This document shows, piece after piece, positions 1-14,798 of a DNA stretch of 64,000 nt. The stretch lies in the NCBI GenBank assembly GCA_051362555.1, contig CM120640.1, positions 70,782,788 through 70,846,787 on the forward strand. The letters are read 5' to 3'. Source of the DNA: Lingula anatina. Its lineage: Eukaryota; Animalia; Brachiopoda. Position numbers and translations under genes: made by a program. The notes under the pieces are model-generated. The model was not told where the DNA came from and made no database searches. It saw only the letters and a program-made list of their open reading frames with translations. Numbering within the stretch: position 1 is the first letter of the stretch; each line of letters opens with the position of its first letter.

Positions 1-1341
1 TAATCAGCAGAATCTATGTAGCGTGAAACACATTATTAGAGTTTTCAAGAATCAACTGAATTGATTTACAGAAGTTGCTATTCACTGCATGGCACCTTCC
101 TTGAGTGGTGCTTTTTACCAATGATGAAAATATCATGTTTAGACAAAAGAAAAGTAAGTTATGATAAAAAGTAAACTGCATCAATAAATCTGAGACTTCT
201 TTCATTTGTCTTCCTTTTATAAAACAGAGTTACGATTTTCATACACTGGATGATCATGACCTAATAAACAGTTATCCAGAGAAAGAGATATCAGCTTAAT
301 TTCATGGTTTCCTGGTGAACATTGTCGGTCGTTTAGTTGTCTAACAAGCCTACTTATGGGAAAGATATTTTTTTATTAACCCTCAAAATAAAGGTTTAAT
401 GAATAATAATAAAAAGATAAATAGCCCCCCCCCCCCCCCCACCGTGTATTATGTGGTATATCTACCTCCTCCCACCTTCTGCCTAGGACCGCCAAATTGT
501 ATTGACAATTAAAGTCTGCCCCACCCCCATCCCCCTGCCCGTATCCCCTCTCCCCCCGTGTGTTATATGGCATACCTTGTCTTCTTGTAATATCTCAATC
601 ATGGTTTCCCTCCTACCGCCCTCTGCCGGGGACCGCCGGTTTGAATTGGGACTGTTGATACCGCCTGGCAAACAGGGGAACGTCACAAATTTTACACTTG
701 AATGTGCACTTTTTTTCAACGCAGTGGAAAAATGTGCCATGAACAAGCCTCTACCAGTGTGGCAGATTATATAGGGAAAAACGGAAAAAATCCAGTCAAA
801 TGACTGTCTATTTATCTAGAGACATATCTGTGAATATCTGTGAAAAATCAATCCGTAGCCCTGGTAGAGGGTATGTTGTTATAAGCTTTCACTCTTATCA
901 ATTGTGACTGTAACTGAATATGCGTACTTGAAGTTTAACAAGCGAACAGTTGTTTTACTCTACATCAATGAACAAAAGCACATGTAAAATTGCTTACTTT
1001 TCAAAGCTACATAATCAGAGGGTGTGCTTTCACTGAAATAAACAGCAAAAATTGTGTTATAATCACATGTTGTTTTATCTGTAACGTGAATATCATATAT
1101 CACTAATGTTGTGATCGCCTTGGAATTATCCTACGATATTCCTGAGATGAAATGTGAAAAAGATGACTAAACTTCGTAATAATACCAGTAATTAGGATGT
1201 ATACATGCACAGAAAAATGGTATGTGGTATTTGGTATTTTATATTGTTTTTAAGGCCTTTACTGCTGTACAGATTAGGAGAAATAGATATGAATAAATTG
1301 TTGTAGATCTATCGAATGTTTCTCATTAATTAATAACGTGC

Positions 1342-4300
1342 TTACAAGAATCCGTCTGTAGGCTGTATAGTTGGGCTGTCTCCCTCGCTCTCGTCAAAGA
1401 AACCAAAAACATCATCATTCTCTATTTTTCGTTCACTTTTCCCGTCCTTTGGAAAATAAGATACGAAAACTTTTTGGCCAGGAAACGGCGGTGCATTACC
1501 CTAATAAATAAAATAAAATCATGGGTTTTATATTCGGCTAGGCATTATTGAACATATCATCTAACACATTTATTCTTAGTGGAAACAAAATTGCGTTGTC
1601 AACGCATACATTTTTATTCGAAAGAGGAGTGAGATTGAATGAGGTGGGTGAGTTTCGGGCAGTAAAACTTACATCAGCAGAAAACCTACGAAGACGAAAC
1701 ACCCTTTTTGGTTTCCTATCTTTACTTTCTATTTCGGCGTGCCATGTTTTCAATTTCATCTCCAGAACGCTCAGGGCCGCGTCGCTTGTCTGCCAGTCAT
1801 AAAAAGGCGGCCTAGTCTCTATATTGTGATACTGCAACGTTTGATCGTGTGAACAGTAATTCAACCTTTCCAAATCTGAGTAAACCGAGAATCTAAGAAT
1901 TCCGTTCGACCCAGCGTCTCTAAAAGAACCTTCGTACGTGCTGCCACCTTTTGAGTAAAGTCTGTTGGATTTCTTACACAGCTGCACTAATCCGTTAGCT
2001 CCAGTTCCATTCGCGATAAGTTTATTTCTAGATCTTATACTATTAGGGTTGGTGGTTTTTCCTACACCAAGGGAAACTTGTGGATGTCGACTTTTGTGAG
2101 AAGCGTCGTGCAAAAATGATCTTCGGCTCCGCTGCGGTCGTTTTATATCATGTGAAATTGAAGAAAGTCTGGAAGAATGTGCATCTCTGAAACATGGATT
2201 GTTTTTGAAAACTGAACGTGAATTTAGAGTATGCAATTTCAGTCGTAAACATTGCAGGAACTGAGGGGTGTCGTCCTTCTCAAAGCGACGCATTCTTCTT
2301 TCAATTTTATCCAGAGACTGCATTCTGATCATATCGGCTGTCTTGGCATATTTTCTATTAATCAGTCTTTCAAAAGTTCTCAGCGTAAGCAAAAAAGTCT
2401 CGCATGGTTCAATGGCAACGGCTGTTTGCAAATAACTCGGAGTATCCAGTGAAACTTCTACGTCTCCTAAAAACGGAAGGAAAAAATGCATGACATGTAA
2501 TTATGAACATTAACTTTGCAATAGAACATGCAGTCTGGAAAGTTTCATCTAATGTTTTACCATCTGAAGGTCAAGGCATGTGACAAAACATTATTGATAA
2601 AATTGTCGAGAAAAATGCTAAGATATGATTATTGGAATGCGAAAACTTGGTACATATTTGCTTGATAGTGCCGAGGCATCCAAGTGTCTGGAAATAAACA
2701 CCCCCTTATCAAAGATCGTATTAAAACTTAACGCAATGCTTCTGTAGTTATGCTTTGTGAATGTAAATAAAAAGCACTGTTCAGGTATCGTACCCACTGC
2801 CTCTATCGGAGCACACACACAAACATCGACAGATCGTCGCGAAGGCCGTCTTAGTTTTCTAGAACTCTCTCTCTTGGTGAGTCCATTGTCCCCATTGTCC
2901 GAGCTCCGATTTCGACTGCCATCTAGAGACCTGAAACCCAAACGTGATATTTTCCCTAAAATTCTAAATGTCATTTTTTAGCAGAAGCATCCATTTTGTA
3001 CGTTTATAAAAATCAATGTCACGTATTACACGGACTTCTACCGCTTCGATCTCTGTAAAAAAAAAAAAAAAGAGACGCATAAAAATATCATAAACCTTAA
3101 AAACAACCTGGGCGGGCAATTGACGAGGTGGAAAAGGTTACTCATCCGCCAATTCCCCATTAGCTGTTACACATTTTTTTGTTTTTAGTCTTAATCTCGA
3201 GTGAAATATATATCAGCCATATCAGTTTATTAACAGTACATCGACTTTCAATGTAGACTAAGTTGCTTTCTCTTAGCTTCATTTTTGGGACTCACTAAGC
3301 TACACGAGTTTTCACTTAAATCGTGGTCTTGCGTCTGAAACTTAACACGCACTATTGATTTACGAGTGAAAATCAAAGCTAGTGATCTCTTTGGAGAACG
3401 GACATATGACAGATGAAATTATATGAAAATGACATTTTCAAATGCTCAAGTAACTGCTACGTAGATTTACGTCAATTTTGTCCTGTCGCTCAGATAAAAG
3501 AAGAAGCCGAAGAAGTTTAATATTTGTTGAAAGCTTAGTTATGATGTGGAAGTCCTTAGTATATTGCCTGTATTAGCCTCTTAAAAGTCTTCACCTCTGT
3601 ACAGTAATGTTATAAAACAGTTGTTTCTGATTGGCATTTTGGCTGCATCAAAGAACTGCACATGCGTGGAGGAATTATATCCATCACGTTGTGCTTTCTC
3701 AGGAGTTTTTAACCGGGTCACTGAGAGAGGTAAAGGTGATTTAAGAACATCTTACCTTCCTAGTTCTGGTGGTACCAGCCGCGTCCAGAAGCTGCAGTCT
3801 GCCCGCCACACGGTGGAGTTTTGTGTCCAGTGAGCCCACGGCTCCATGGTCAACTTGACCTGGCCTCTGGGGAGATACAGTAACAGTCAGTCTAGGCTAG
3901 TCTACACTTCACTACGCGGTGGAAAGTTAAACACTGAAAACTCTGATTAGAATATTTGTATTCAGCGGTGAATTTTCATTGCAAAATAACCCCCTTCTTT
4001 GATTAAATACCTTTCTGCAAAAACCGGCCAGCGATTCCTGTTATAAGACCTAGATACATGTACCTGATAATGAAGTAGATCCCCTTGACTGGCTCTCCTT
4101 GCTTCATTAGTTTTTCATCAAAAGCCACAAATTGTCTAATAAGACTCATAGCAAGCTGCCGTTTGTATTTTGGTTGCCAGCTACAGAAATATTCACAGTT
4201 ATTAACAAAGGCCATCTTGGCGTTAAACTCTTGTTCCTGTGCGGCTCTCAGACAGCGATTGAAGAGTTCTCTGCTGACGACCAGTAAATCTGTCTTGGTG

Positions 4301-6110
4301 TCAGCTATAACGGTGGCGGTACGGACACAATCCTCAGTAATCAGGGCTACTTCACCAAAACTTTTACCTTCATCTGAAAAAAATTCATTTTAAACCACAA
4401 AAAACGTGTCAATATTCAAAATATGACCTAAATAAGTTACATTAGTTTCTTTTTCATTTAAAAGGTCAGTTTACATAATCATAGTTGCGGTTCAGCGGCG
4501 ACGCTTCAACTCACCTAATGTGGTGATAAATATCCCCAAGGCACCCCTGTCTAGCGGCTTGGGTAATGTCGGCTCTGCTTCGTCTTGTTGGTCAACCTCC
4601 ACCACTTCGTTATTATCATCGTCTGATTTATTATTGAGATAAATTGAAGTTTGTCCACTGAGAATAATGTAGAACCTATTCCGTGAAAAAGAATAAATAG
4701 ATTATTCAAATAAACATCTTTTAATATTAAAATTAAAAAAGTTAACAAAACTCACTTATTTGTAGTTTTTTTAATCTCACTTACTCTCAAACTCTCAAAT
4801 ACGAAATACTGGCTGAAATTCTAGTGAAAAAATCTCTAAATGCATATAAAATGTATTTGAATACATTAAATTTAGATTAAATTTCTTAAAATTAAAAAGT
4901 GTCACCTGTCACCCGTGTCACCTTGCCGGATTATAATATCGTTCCTTTCGCACGTCATAAATTCACAATTACGAATGATGTCTTTCATGATATCTGGAAT
5001 GAAATATGTTTTGTTTTCTTTCATTTGTTGACCTTTTCTTTTGTTTAAATTTCCGTTACATTTTCTGTGTTTAGAAACGTGACACGTTTCAGTAACAACG
5101 TGAAACTGGTAAAATCTACAGATCCAATATACAAATGATGAATATGTAAAAGTAAGTATAATAAAAGTTATAAGGTATTATAAGAATACCCTAAGCCTAC
5201 ATTCAATATGTGGGATATTAACCGAAGGTGACTTCAAGTTATCAGGTAGAGGTTTATTTCATAATATTCGGCCTTGTAACAACTTAAAGAGGGAGGGGGC
5301 AGAGATCCAGTTTTTAGGCATACTCTATCATGCAAGTGTATAAATAAAGCCCCGATTTCGCGGATCCTGTTGGTTACTTAGCGGGGTGTCTAAATTTACA
5401 GAATGCTTTTAAGTTATTAAAGTAATGGGGCTTGCTTAAAAGGACGATGTTTTTTATTCATAAAAGTAGAACGAATACCCTTGCCAGAGACAGCTGACGG
5501 CAACATTTCTCTCTTCTGTTTTAGGTGAAGGTTTTTGTTTAATCTAAACACAGCAAATCCAGGTTTTAACAAATGTTTCGCTTGTGCAAGAGTTGTTTAA
5601 TTATCAAAGACTCGATTTGCGTTCTTGACGAAACGCGTGAGCCACGATCTATACAATGAGGGATTTCAAATACAACTGAAAAATCTAGCAAAAAGTCAAA
5701 AAAGCATATGACAGCATCGTAAAATATAACAATTCAATTTTACATAAATACTTGAAAATATCTAGAGAACCCTTAAATTTTTAGGATTGTATGAAATGAA
5801 CTTTGTGCTTAATCTGAAATGTTCGAATTCTATTGTGAGATCACTATTATAAAAAATACATCAATGCAAAAGCACCGTTGGCAATCAGGAAGATAGCATA
5901 ACCTCTCGTGTTATCAAAACATGTTTAAGATTAAACTGTCTGGCTTACAGAATATTCAGAAAGAAAAAAAACACGCATACCTGTCTGCAGCCTCCTAAAC
6001 AAGTCAGATTTCTTCTGGAACCAAGGTCGTATCTGTTCAATCAAAGCATCGGGTCTAGAGGCCGGGGGCTGCGTTATCACACCCAGCACTTTCTGATACA
6101 TCAAAGCCAT
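1342..6110 (-). CDS. Cyclic nucleotide-binding domain-containing protein 2-like (CNBD2/CRIS-like), copy A; 8 coding exons
   Basis: Exons join in frame at GT-AG sites (approx. 5981-6110, 4906-4993, 4515-4677, 4073-4373, 3757-3867, 2793-2930, 1671-2466, 1342-1501). Peptides: MALMYQKV..PWFQKKSDLF, DIIRNCEF..IIRQGDTGDRFYIILSG, KSFGEVALITEDCVRTATV (phosphate-binding cassette), then a second degenerate CNB domain (KQGEPVKGIYFIIRGQVK..GDVEV..YLQTAVA). Confidence 0.8.
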
Positions 6111-8981
6111 TGGGAACACTTCCTTGTGAAAACTCTACTCTGAAACCAAACCGCACGCGTTAAATCCCAATCTTCCTATTTCTATTGTCAACAACCAACG
6201 CCACATGGTAAAATATACGCGTAAGCCTAATTAATACCAATTACGCTTTTAATTGATAATTCTGGTTCTCATTCATAGTGATTATTCATAACAGAGATGT
6301 TTCCACCAGAGACTTTTTACATTTGTTCTCAGTTAAGTCTAATAAAGGCCCATTAATAATAACGTTTCTGATGAAAGTTATCGATTTTCAAAGATTTTCT
6401 ACATGAAGTACTAGGAATGCTTTCTCTGCGTTATATGACTTGATTCAAGCGTGAAGGGCGATGAGGTTAAGTCTTTATAACCACATTGAAACAAATCAAG
6501 ATTAAATAAGACCTTGTGTAAGGAAACAATAATAAGATAAAATAAAAACTAAACTAATGATGATACATGTTAAATTAAGTAATTCTAATAATAAAAACTT
6601 TTCACCAATTATAAGAAGCTAACCATGTGTATTTTTATAAACTTGAAAATAAAAGTCCTAATTCCTTACTTCTTTACAGAAACCACTGCCCGCAGTTTCT
6701 GAAGTTCCTCCTTCCACGTCAGCAGTTAGAGGTTACTGTGCGTGTTAAGACATAGATTTTAACAAAACATGGCCTTGGGCATAAAATATTCAAAAATTTT
6801 ATCTATATTTTTATGTTTTAACGACTTTCATGGGTCTGATGATAAAGTAATTTTTACTAACCTCTCCCTGTCCGCAGACTTTTATCTGGGAAATGTTGTA
6901 CTCCACGTCTAATAATTGTTTATACAGCTACAGTAAGTATCATAAAAAATTCAACATAACATCTTGACATGCTTTTATACCTCTCTGTCGCCAATTTATT
7001 ATAAAGAAAAACAAGAGGTCTGGGAGACCAAGCAAGGACGCACTATATTTAACTCCAAGCGCCTTTTAAGGCAGTGACGCGTTTTGATTTGAAATATTGA
7101 TAGCAATGCACCAATGTGACAGTAATTTGTTCAAGAGACTCCGGGTGAGTCGGTCTGCGTCACCTCACTCAGGACATAGTGTTCATGTGAAACGCAGCGG
7201 CCTGCTCTGAACCTGGTCTGAACCTGGTCTGAACCCCTGCCGCGTCCACAATAAATTACGGCGTCGATGTTGTAGGTAAATAGGAGGGTTTCTGTAAACT
7301 GGAAGTAGCTTAGTATCACCCACTGTGTAAATAACGATTTAATGTCGTTTTTATCTTTATAACACAAACGAAATAATAATGTTCTTTATGTGAATATTGT
7401 AATGTCTTCCTCCAAACGTAAAACTCATTATTGAAAAGTAATGGGTTCTTTTCATCGGCGAAAACGATTTTATTAGTTTGGTGTGGCGATTTGAAAATTA
7501 ACACATGTCTGCTTAAGACGCATTTCCTCACATCAGATTTAATGACAATGACGATCTTTGTTGTTTATTATGATATCTCAGCTTCGATTAATCGATGCAA
7601 ATTACGATGGAGCAGTTGTCAGTCAGTGTAACGAACGATGGTACATGTAGTATCCCGAAAGTCCTATTTGATATAATATTTTCGGCTATCGAGGAAAATG
7701 AAATGGTCACCCTGTTTAAACAATCAATGTCCCATTAACCCGTGTTAAGTACGGTACAGTTCAAGATCGTAGTTAAGTCTGAAACTCTTCTTGGTGTAAG
7801 ACCTAGTTGTGGATCCAAGTTCCTTGTAACTGTTACGCATTTAAATGATTCTACATTTGAAAGGACAGATAGAAATATAATAAACTTCAATGTTTTTACG
7901 GCAAGATTTATGATTCAACAGTAAAGGAAATACTTCACAGTTATTGTGGTGCAAGAAATTAATGTGAACACGAGTTCTAACTTGTCAGCCATGTATAACA
8001 GCCTGTCAACAAGACTTCCAAAATGCTAACACGACAGTTATGCTCATATATTACGTAAAAGAACATTGTAAAACAATTTGCCCTCACGTGTAATTGCAAT
8101 AAAAGCCAAGACGGGGGTGATAATATATTACCGATTCTGAGAAAATTTGCTGATCATTTTGAAAAAGTTGGCAGTATGCAATAAGAAACAACATCACAAG
8201 GCTTCTCATATCTTTACTTCTTTCTGCGAAATCAAACCGCTTAATTCTCAGCGTGAACAGTGAGCGAGAGGAAATTGTGGTCAAAATCTGCTTAATGCTT
8301 TGCTACTGTTTGCTTTCAACCGACACAGAAACAGTCGAAACAGTCATCAGTGAATTGAAATGCTTATTTCCATGTTTTACGCTAATTTAAAGCATTGCGA
8401 CCAGTGTACCATCGCTTATGATCAATGTGATATGAAGACTTGACGTATTTTATGGAAAAGTTGAAATCTTCAGAAGCGTTTGATTGATTGACGCCTTGAC
8501 AGTTTTAAAACATTGAAATGTTAAATAAAACGTTCAAAGCTATTTTTGCTAGCGTATTGAACCTTGCTCATAAACCAGATCTAAATCGGTCTCAAATGAT
8601 TTGTCTTTCCTTTGCTGGAGCAAATTTACTTCGACTTGTTGAAAAACTTTGGCTTTATGGTGCCATAAACATCGAGGAAATCGTCCTACAGTTATGGCTT
8701 AGAATCATTATGGTTTCAACAGGTCACATGGCCACATTAATTTCAAAAGTCTACTTTATGGCAGTAAGGGGTACAGTTTACATCCTTCGATCAGAAAAGC
8801 CCCCTTGTAATACGTTACACTTTCAGCGCATTCTATTAAAATGCATTCGTTTAAGCCTTTCTTGGTATTTTATTTTAAAAACATCTTACTTAAACGCAAG
8901 ATAACACATTTACCACTATCTGTAAAATACAGGTGGGTCATGTCAAGAAAAAAAATGATGATGCTTAGAACTTACAACATT

Positions 8982-9131
8982 CAGGCCCGTAGCCAGGGGG
9001 GGGGGGGTCGGGGGGTTCGAAAGAACCTCCCCTTTTGCTGGGAAAAGGTCCACTCTGGGTAAAATTTGATCTAGGTACATGTAGTTTTTATGGGAAAAGG
9101 TCCACTTTTTCAGTTGCTGGCTACGGGCCTG
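8982..9131. mobile_element. MITE with 15-bp TIRs (CAGGCCCGTAGCCAG / CTGGCTACGGGCCTG)
   Basis: Perfect terminal inverted repeats; ACATT flanks both ends (8977-8981 and 9132-9136). Confidence 0.75.
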
Positions 9132-10712
9132 ACATTGTAAAAAATTATCTCCAGTTTGCTTCGAATACAGCTACCCGGCACCCAGATTGCAAAACAGCCC
9201 ATAAAATGCTGAAGGAGTGTTGTAACGCTATCAGTAATAAAATGTGTTGAAATTATCCCAATAAAACAAGGGCTTGTTCCAACAGCCTTCCGTTACAATT
9301 ACGCAGTATTATTAGTTGACAATGTTTGTTATATTAGGTAGTCAGACAGCTAAAGGAAGCAAATATACTGATTGAGGCATGAAGACTGATAAAATGATAC
9401 AACAATATACAAACTTTGAGCATCTAACAAACTAGGCTTGGACTGCTACTGATTGGCCAGAATCATCGAAACAAAAATGAAAATAAAAGTCTGCACATTA
9501 AACACACTGAAGGATGAGTCACTTCTCAAACAAAAAAGTCAATAGCATTAATATGCCTGTACGTCAAGACAAAACAAACTAAAAATTATAAAAAATATAA
9601 AAAATGCATTTTAGATCCAGGAGCAGGTTTCAGGTTAAACAGAAGTAACATTTGGAACATATATTGTCCACAAGACAAATTATCGAAAAAACCTCAAAAA
9701 CAAATAACGGATAGTGCGAAATTGGCCATGAATAATCCCTGTGTGAGCCTGAAATAAGAATGGAACCGTGGTACTCTTTTTATTGCAGTATCAAGAAATG
9801 TGTACGGCCCCGCTCTGGTCCCGGCTCTGGCAACACAGACATTCTCAAGACATGGGAATATGTGAGGACACTGCTGCGTGTGTACATAAAAAGAGCATTT
9901 TATTTGATGATATAGAATAGAACACATACACAATGAAAAGTTCAAAACTCCACAAAATATTTTATTCTTAATTTACACCTTTTCCAAATTCAGCATGCTC
10001 TGTTGCTATTGCCAGTCATGCCTATATGTCTAAAGCCCCCAATGGTTGCCTATCCTACTGCCCAGTAAGGCGAGTGTTATGGAAAATTATTCAAATAAGT
10101 TTTGGGAAGCGTATCTCTTATCTCTAGACCATGAAAGACTTCAAATTATCCAACCAAATACCCGTTTTAAAATCTTAAGACGCACATGCAGTCGAACGTA
10201 GAATGATCTTCGGAAGGGGCGTTAAATAGGTGCATGTTTTCAAAGTGTCAGTGCTCATCCAAGACGTAAACACATTAAAAAGTATTCTGCTCGGAGAAAG
10301 GACATATTCTCCTAAGATAATCTTCAAAATCCTTGACCCTTTCTGTACTAAACATCCTGATCATGAACCCAAGCCTGGAATATAATGACAGGCCTTGCGT
10401 TGCATTTGCAAATGAACAGTCCTGTATTCCAGTACCGCTACATTTACGTCAGTGCTTGACATATCCTTGAATGAACAAGCAATAATGGTAATAATTATAA
10501 TAATAAAACAGTCAACAAAAGCCTTGTCCGTCTAAGTTCAAATATTGCTATCTTTTTAAAATGCATTTCGCTAATACAATATATTGAGGCATATAGCAGC
10601 AAAGGTGTGATTGCGTTAGTTGAGCTTGGTACATCCCATTGTGTTTTTTCCTTGTTCTCAACTGATGAGTCGCAATTTTACCTACGAGCACATTTTGGTA
10701 GACGTTCAGGTT

Positions 10713-13700
10713 TTAAGCACTGTTCAGAGTATATCTAAACTGAAGTTTTCCTTTCGCATTTTTGGGAGATAGCATGACTTTCTGTCCTGGGAGCGGCCTT
10801 CTCGTGCCATCCTGTAACAAGGTGAACAATGTAGAACATTTTAAAGCTGAATAGCAGTGATTCTATGGTGAGACATTCAAAATATCGACTCTAATTAGTG
10901 CACGGAAATATAAGTTAACAGTATAAACATCGGTCACACTTCACCCTTTAAAGATACCTTGCCCATACAAATACTTACATCATTTGAGAAGCGCCGCAGT
11001 CGAAATACTCGCTCTTTCTTATTGTCTTTTGATTTCATCTCAGAGTGCCAGGAATCAAGCTTCATTTCCAGACTACTCAATGCTTCGTCGCTGGTTTGCC
11101 AGTCCCGGAAAGGTTCTACCGCGCCTTTGACTTTACCATCCTTAAGTGCTTTATTGTGGCAACTGAATGTAAATATTGATCGGTTTTCGCCAGTATTTCC
11201 TGGGGAAACATTATTACTTAGGTGAGACGGGTTTTCCCATGGATTTATCTTGGTCGCTCTGTCGTCGGTTCTGCTCTTGTTCCAAAACATTTTATTTTTT
11301 GTCAGTTTTGAGTCAAAGTCTCGATGAATGAAACCGGATTGTTTGCCGAAAGTAACCCCACTTAAACTTTGAGATAACTTTTGTTGTCTTTTGTCTGTTC
11401 TTCCAAACTGTAAATCCGTATGCAAGCTGCGTAAAAAATGGGTGTCGTCCATATTTCCCAGTCTATCCAACCTTCTCTCTATCTTAGCTTTGCAGTGTGC
11501 CTTTATTGCATCTGCCGTCTTGGAATATCTTTTCATTAACTGACGTTCATAAGACCTGGTTGTCAAGAGAAAAACTTCACATGGAACCGCAGCAACTGCA
11601 GTCTGTAGGTAGCGAGGAACATCGAAAGACACTTCTATGTCACCTTCAATAAAAAACAAGATATTTTGCGATACCATATACAAATATAGGTTCTTGCTTA
11701 TTCGAGAACCTTTGATACAACTTTTGGAGCAATAAAATTTAATACCTCTTCTCTTTTTTCTTGTATTTTACTCAGCTTTCGCATTCAGAGGGTATCTTTG
11801 TAGGCACTGGTTAAAATAGGTTAAATAGAGGATTAAGAACTAAAGAACAGTCTATATTCAGCAAATTAAATTTCCATCCAACAAGAACCAAGTCTGAAAT
11901 CTGATAAATGTTTTGAAAGGACTTGGTTTTTCACTATAAATGCATTACGTGATAACCGGTGTAACAAGAATGGTAGTCCTGGGAATGGAAGTCCCATATA
12001 ATTAGTACAGGTTGGGGTTAGTTGGACTATTGGGGTTAGTATATGGGACAAATGTCACCTGTACAAAGTAATGGGAAACGGACTACGGTTCCTGGGGACA
12101 CCCGTTCCTTTTGCACCGGGTTTTGTCAGGCAATGTTCCCCCACACCACCCCCGTCCTTACCTACAGCCTCCCCTGTCCCAGAAATGCACACCTCTACAC
12201 TTCTGCCTCGGTGTCCAAGCCAGTTGGTGACAGTCAAGGGTTTTGTTCTATTGGCTCCAACTTCTTTGCTGAGCAGGCGTCTTGTAAACATAAAATAGTG
12301 TTTTAACACTTTGAAGTGTTTAAAAAAACTCAGTTATATTAGTCATGTTGTTGATTTTGACTGAATAAGATTATCAGTGATGGTAAGACCATTATAAACG
12401 TATCGAAATAAGTTTTATTGATAGAACGAAAGTGGACAAAGTTATGCATTTACGATTTGCTCACCCGTCTTCTTTGCCGTCAGGTTTGCTCCAATGGCTT
12501 CCTCGGAAATTGGTGAAGTTGTTCTGCCGCCAATGGAGTGATGGCTGCATGGTGATTTTAACTTGGCCTCTGTCAACAAATACCATCAAAAATCACTTAC
12601 AAAACGTAAATCGACCAATAAAGATACAAACATGTGTACGTAAATATGAAAATTAATACAAAATGTACCTGATATTGAAAAGGATCAGATAATTGTCTGC
12701 AAAACGATTTGTTTCTTGTACATAATAAACAGGTACAGTTATGTACAGGATAAGATGTGGAGTACCTGATAATATAAAATATCCCCTCCACTGGGTCGCC
12801 CTGCTTTAAAATCAGACCATCAAAGGGGATGGTTCTTTTGATCAAGCTCATGGCAAGCTGTCTTTTGCACTTGGGTTGCCAGCTACAGAAATATTCACAG
12901 TTATTTACAAAGGCCATCTTTGCATTAAACTCTTGTTCCTTGGCGGCTCTTAGACAGCGATTGAATAGTTCTCTGCTGACGACCAGTAAATCTGTCTTGG
13001 TGTCGACTATAACGGAGGCGGTACGGACGCAGTCCTCAGTAATCAGGGCTACTTCACCAAAACTTTTACCTTCATCTACAGTAAATAATGCGTGATAAGT
13101 TAAGAGAAAAACTTTTTTGTCTGTTAAAATTAATTCACAGATTGTCGAAAGTGGCACATCAGAAAATTAGTATCAGTGTTTTTTTCTGATATCGTTACAA
13201 AGAATTTTTCTGTGGAGATGATGTCCAATAAACATCTGAAGTTGACAAGTTTATAGAGACTTTCCTGTTTTCTACTCACCCAGGCTTGTGACGTAAGCCC
13301 CGTATGGCCGCCTGTCCAGAGGCTTGGAGCGAACAGAACTGTCTTCGTTCTCCAAAACTATCTCTCCATCTCCAAGTTTATTGTTGAAGTAAACAGAAAC
13401 TTGTCCGTGGAGTATGATATAAAATCTAGAAGAATATAAATTTGTTTGAACAAATATTCTCAGTGAAGTTTAACGTATCTACCTGCACCAACTAAAATGC
13501 AAATTCGCGTCTAGATATTTTAAAGACAGAAAATGTAAAAAATTTAACGACATACCTGTCTCCCTTTTCTTCTTGGTGTATGATTACGTAATCTGTGTCA
13601 CAGTGCTGAAAATTGCAGTTGCGAATGATGTCCTTTAAAATATCTATAAAGGAAATATCAAATTGTTAGATCCATTTCTTAGTAAGTATTATCCAAGTAA

Positions 13701-14100
13701 AAGCAAAATTTGAAATCTTTGGCATTATATGTTCATTTAACAAACGACATGAAAACAATGATTTCGTAACTCAATTATGATATCACCTGTTTCGGTTGTA
13801 AAGCCCGCTGACAGACCCTAGCGGATCCAGGAAGATTTGTGAAAACAACCATTTTCAAAAGAGAAAAAAAAGGCTGAAGTATCATATGATAAAACGAAAT
13901 GAAAATGATACTGCAGTGAAAATAGGAAAAAACACCATCTTTTTGTGACTAACCTAGATTTTAAGCTCACCTTTTTGAACTGATCTAAACAGTTCGGATT
14001 TCTTCTGGAACCAGGGGATCAGCTGCTCGATCATAGCATCCGGTCTGGAATCCGGTGGCTGGGTGATCACTGACAGTACTTTTTGGTACATAAAAGCCAT
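10713..14100 (-). CDS. CNBD2-like protein, copy B (tandem paralog); 8 coding exons
   Basis: Same exon layout as copy A: MAFMYQKV..PWFQKKSELF, DILKDIIRNCNF..IIHQEEKGDR, FYIILHGQVSVY, DEGKSFGEVALITEDCVRTASV, GQVKITMQP, RGRSVEVCISGTGEAV, GDIEVSFDVPRYLQTAVA..DWQTSDEALSSLEMKL..RLRRFSND, last exon DGTRRPLPGQKV..NSA*. Confidence 0.8.
11957..12119. mobile_element. MITE-like element with CCGGTGT..CACCGG ends and a GGGTTAG-rich core (copy 1)
   Basis: Alignable along its length with 53270-53424; imperfect TIRs; lies in an intron of CNBD2-like copy B. Confidence 0.6.
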
Positions 14101-14798
14101 AATGTCTGTTCTAAGCACACCAGCTTTGGCCTTGATGGTTCAATCAGAATTATGGCTGTATCACAACACTCAGAATTGGCAGAAGAAATAATCTTCAGTT
14201 TCGGAAGTCCTTTTCGGTGTCTTTTTTTACGCCAGCATCCTGTTAAATTCTGTTGTGCTGTTATCACTTACAAGTACAGATCCATATGCGCAGTTTTGTT
14301 TGCTATTGAGTAGCCACAGAAAATGTTGCATATTCCACGTATAACATCACCGACTGTTTTAACTACTACGTGATGTATCGCAATGCAACAGCTCATTGAA
14401 CCCTTTCAAACAAAATCTAGCATGGGTTGATTTTACATATTCTTCGCGCGATTCTCATTTTATGCCTTGGCAACGAGCTATTTTTCTAATCCGTCTCTGT
14501 CACAGAATTCAATGGACATATAGTGATGTACACAAAGCACTTTATTTGCGACGTATATATTCCTTTCATATTGCTTTTACAAAGACCCGCGTGGAATCGT
14601 TACCTGTTATTGTACTACCAGTTAGATTGAACGATTCACCTGGCAAAGAGGGCTGAAAATAGACTCCCGCCAATCTCAGATGTGTATCACATAACAAAAC
14701 CGGTGTATAATTATAGGCATTTTGAGTTCAAAACCTTAAAACATATTATCCCAAGTGAGAAAATTAAGTTAACAGGGTGTGAGAGTGATCGACTTTAA

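Noticed and set aside
1342-6110. CNBD copy A as a pseudogene missing exons
   Set aside because: The small exons absent from the ORF track were found by eye and splice in frame.
10175-10310. Possible SINE remnant
   Set aside because: No clear A/B boxes or TSD; too degenerate to support.
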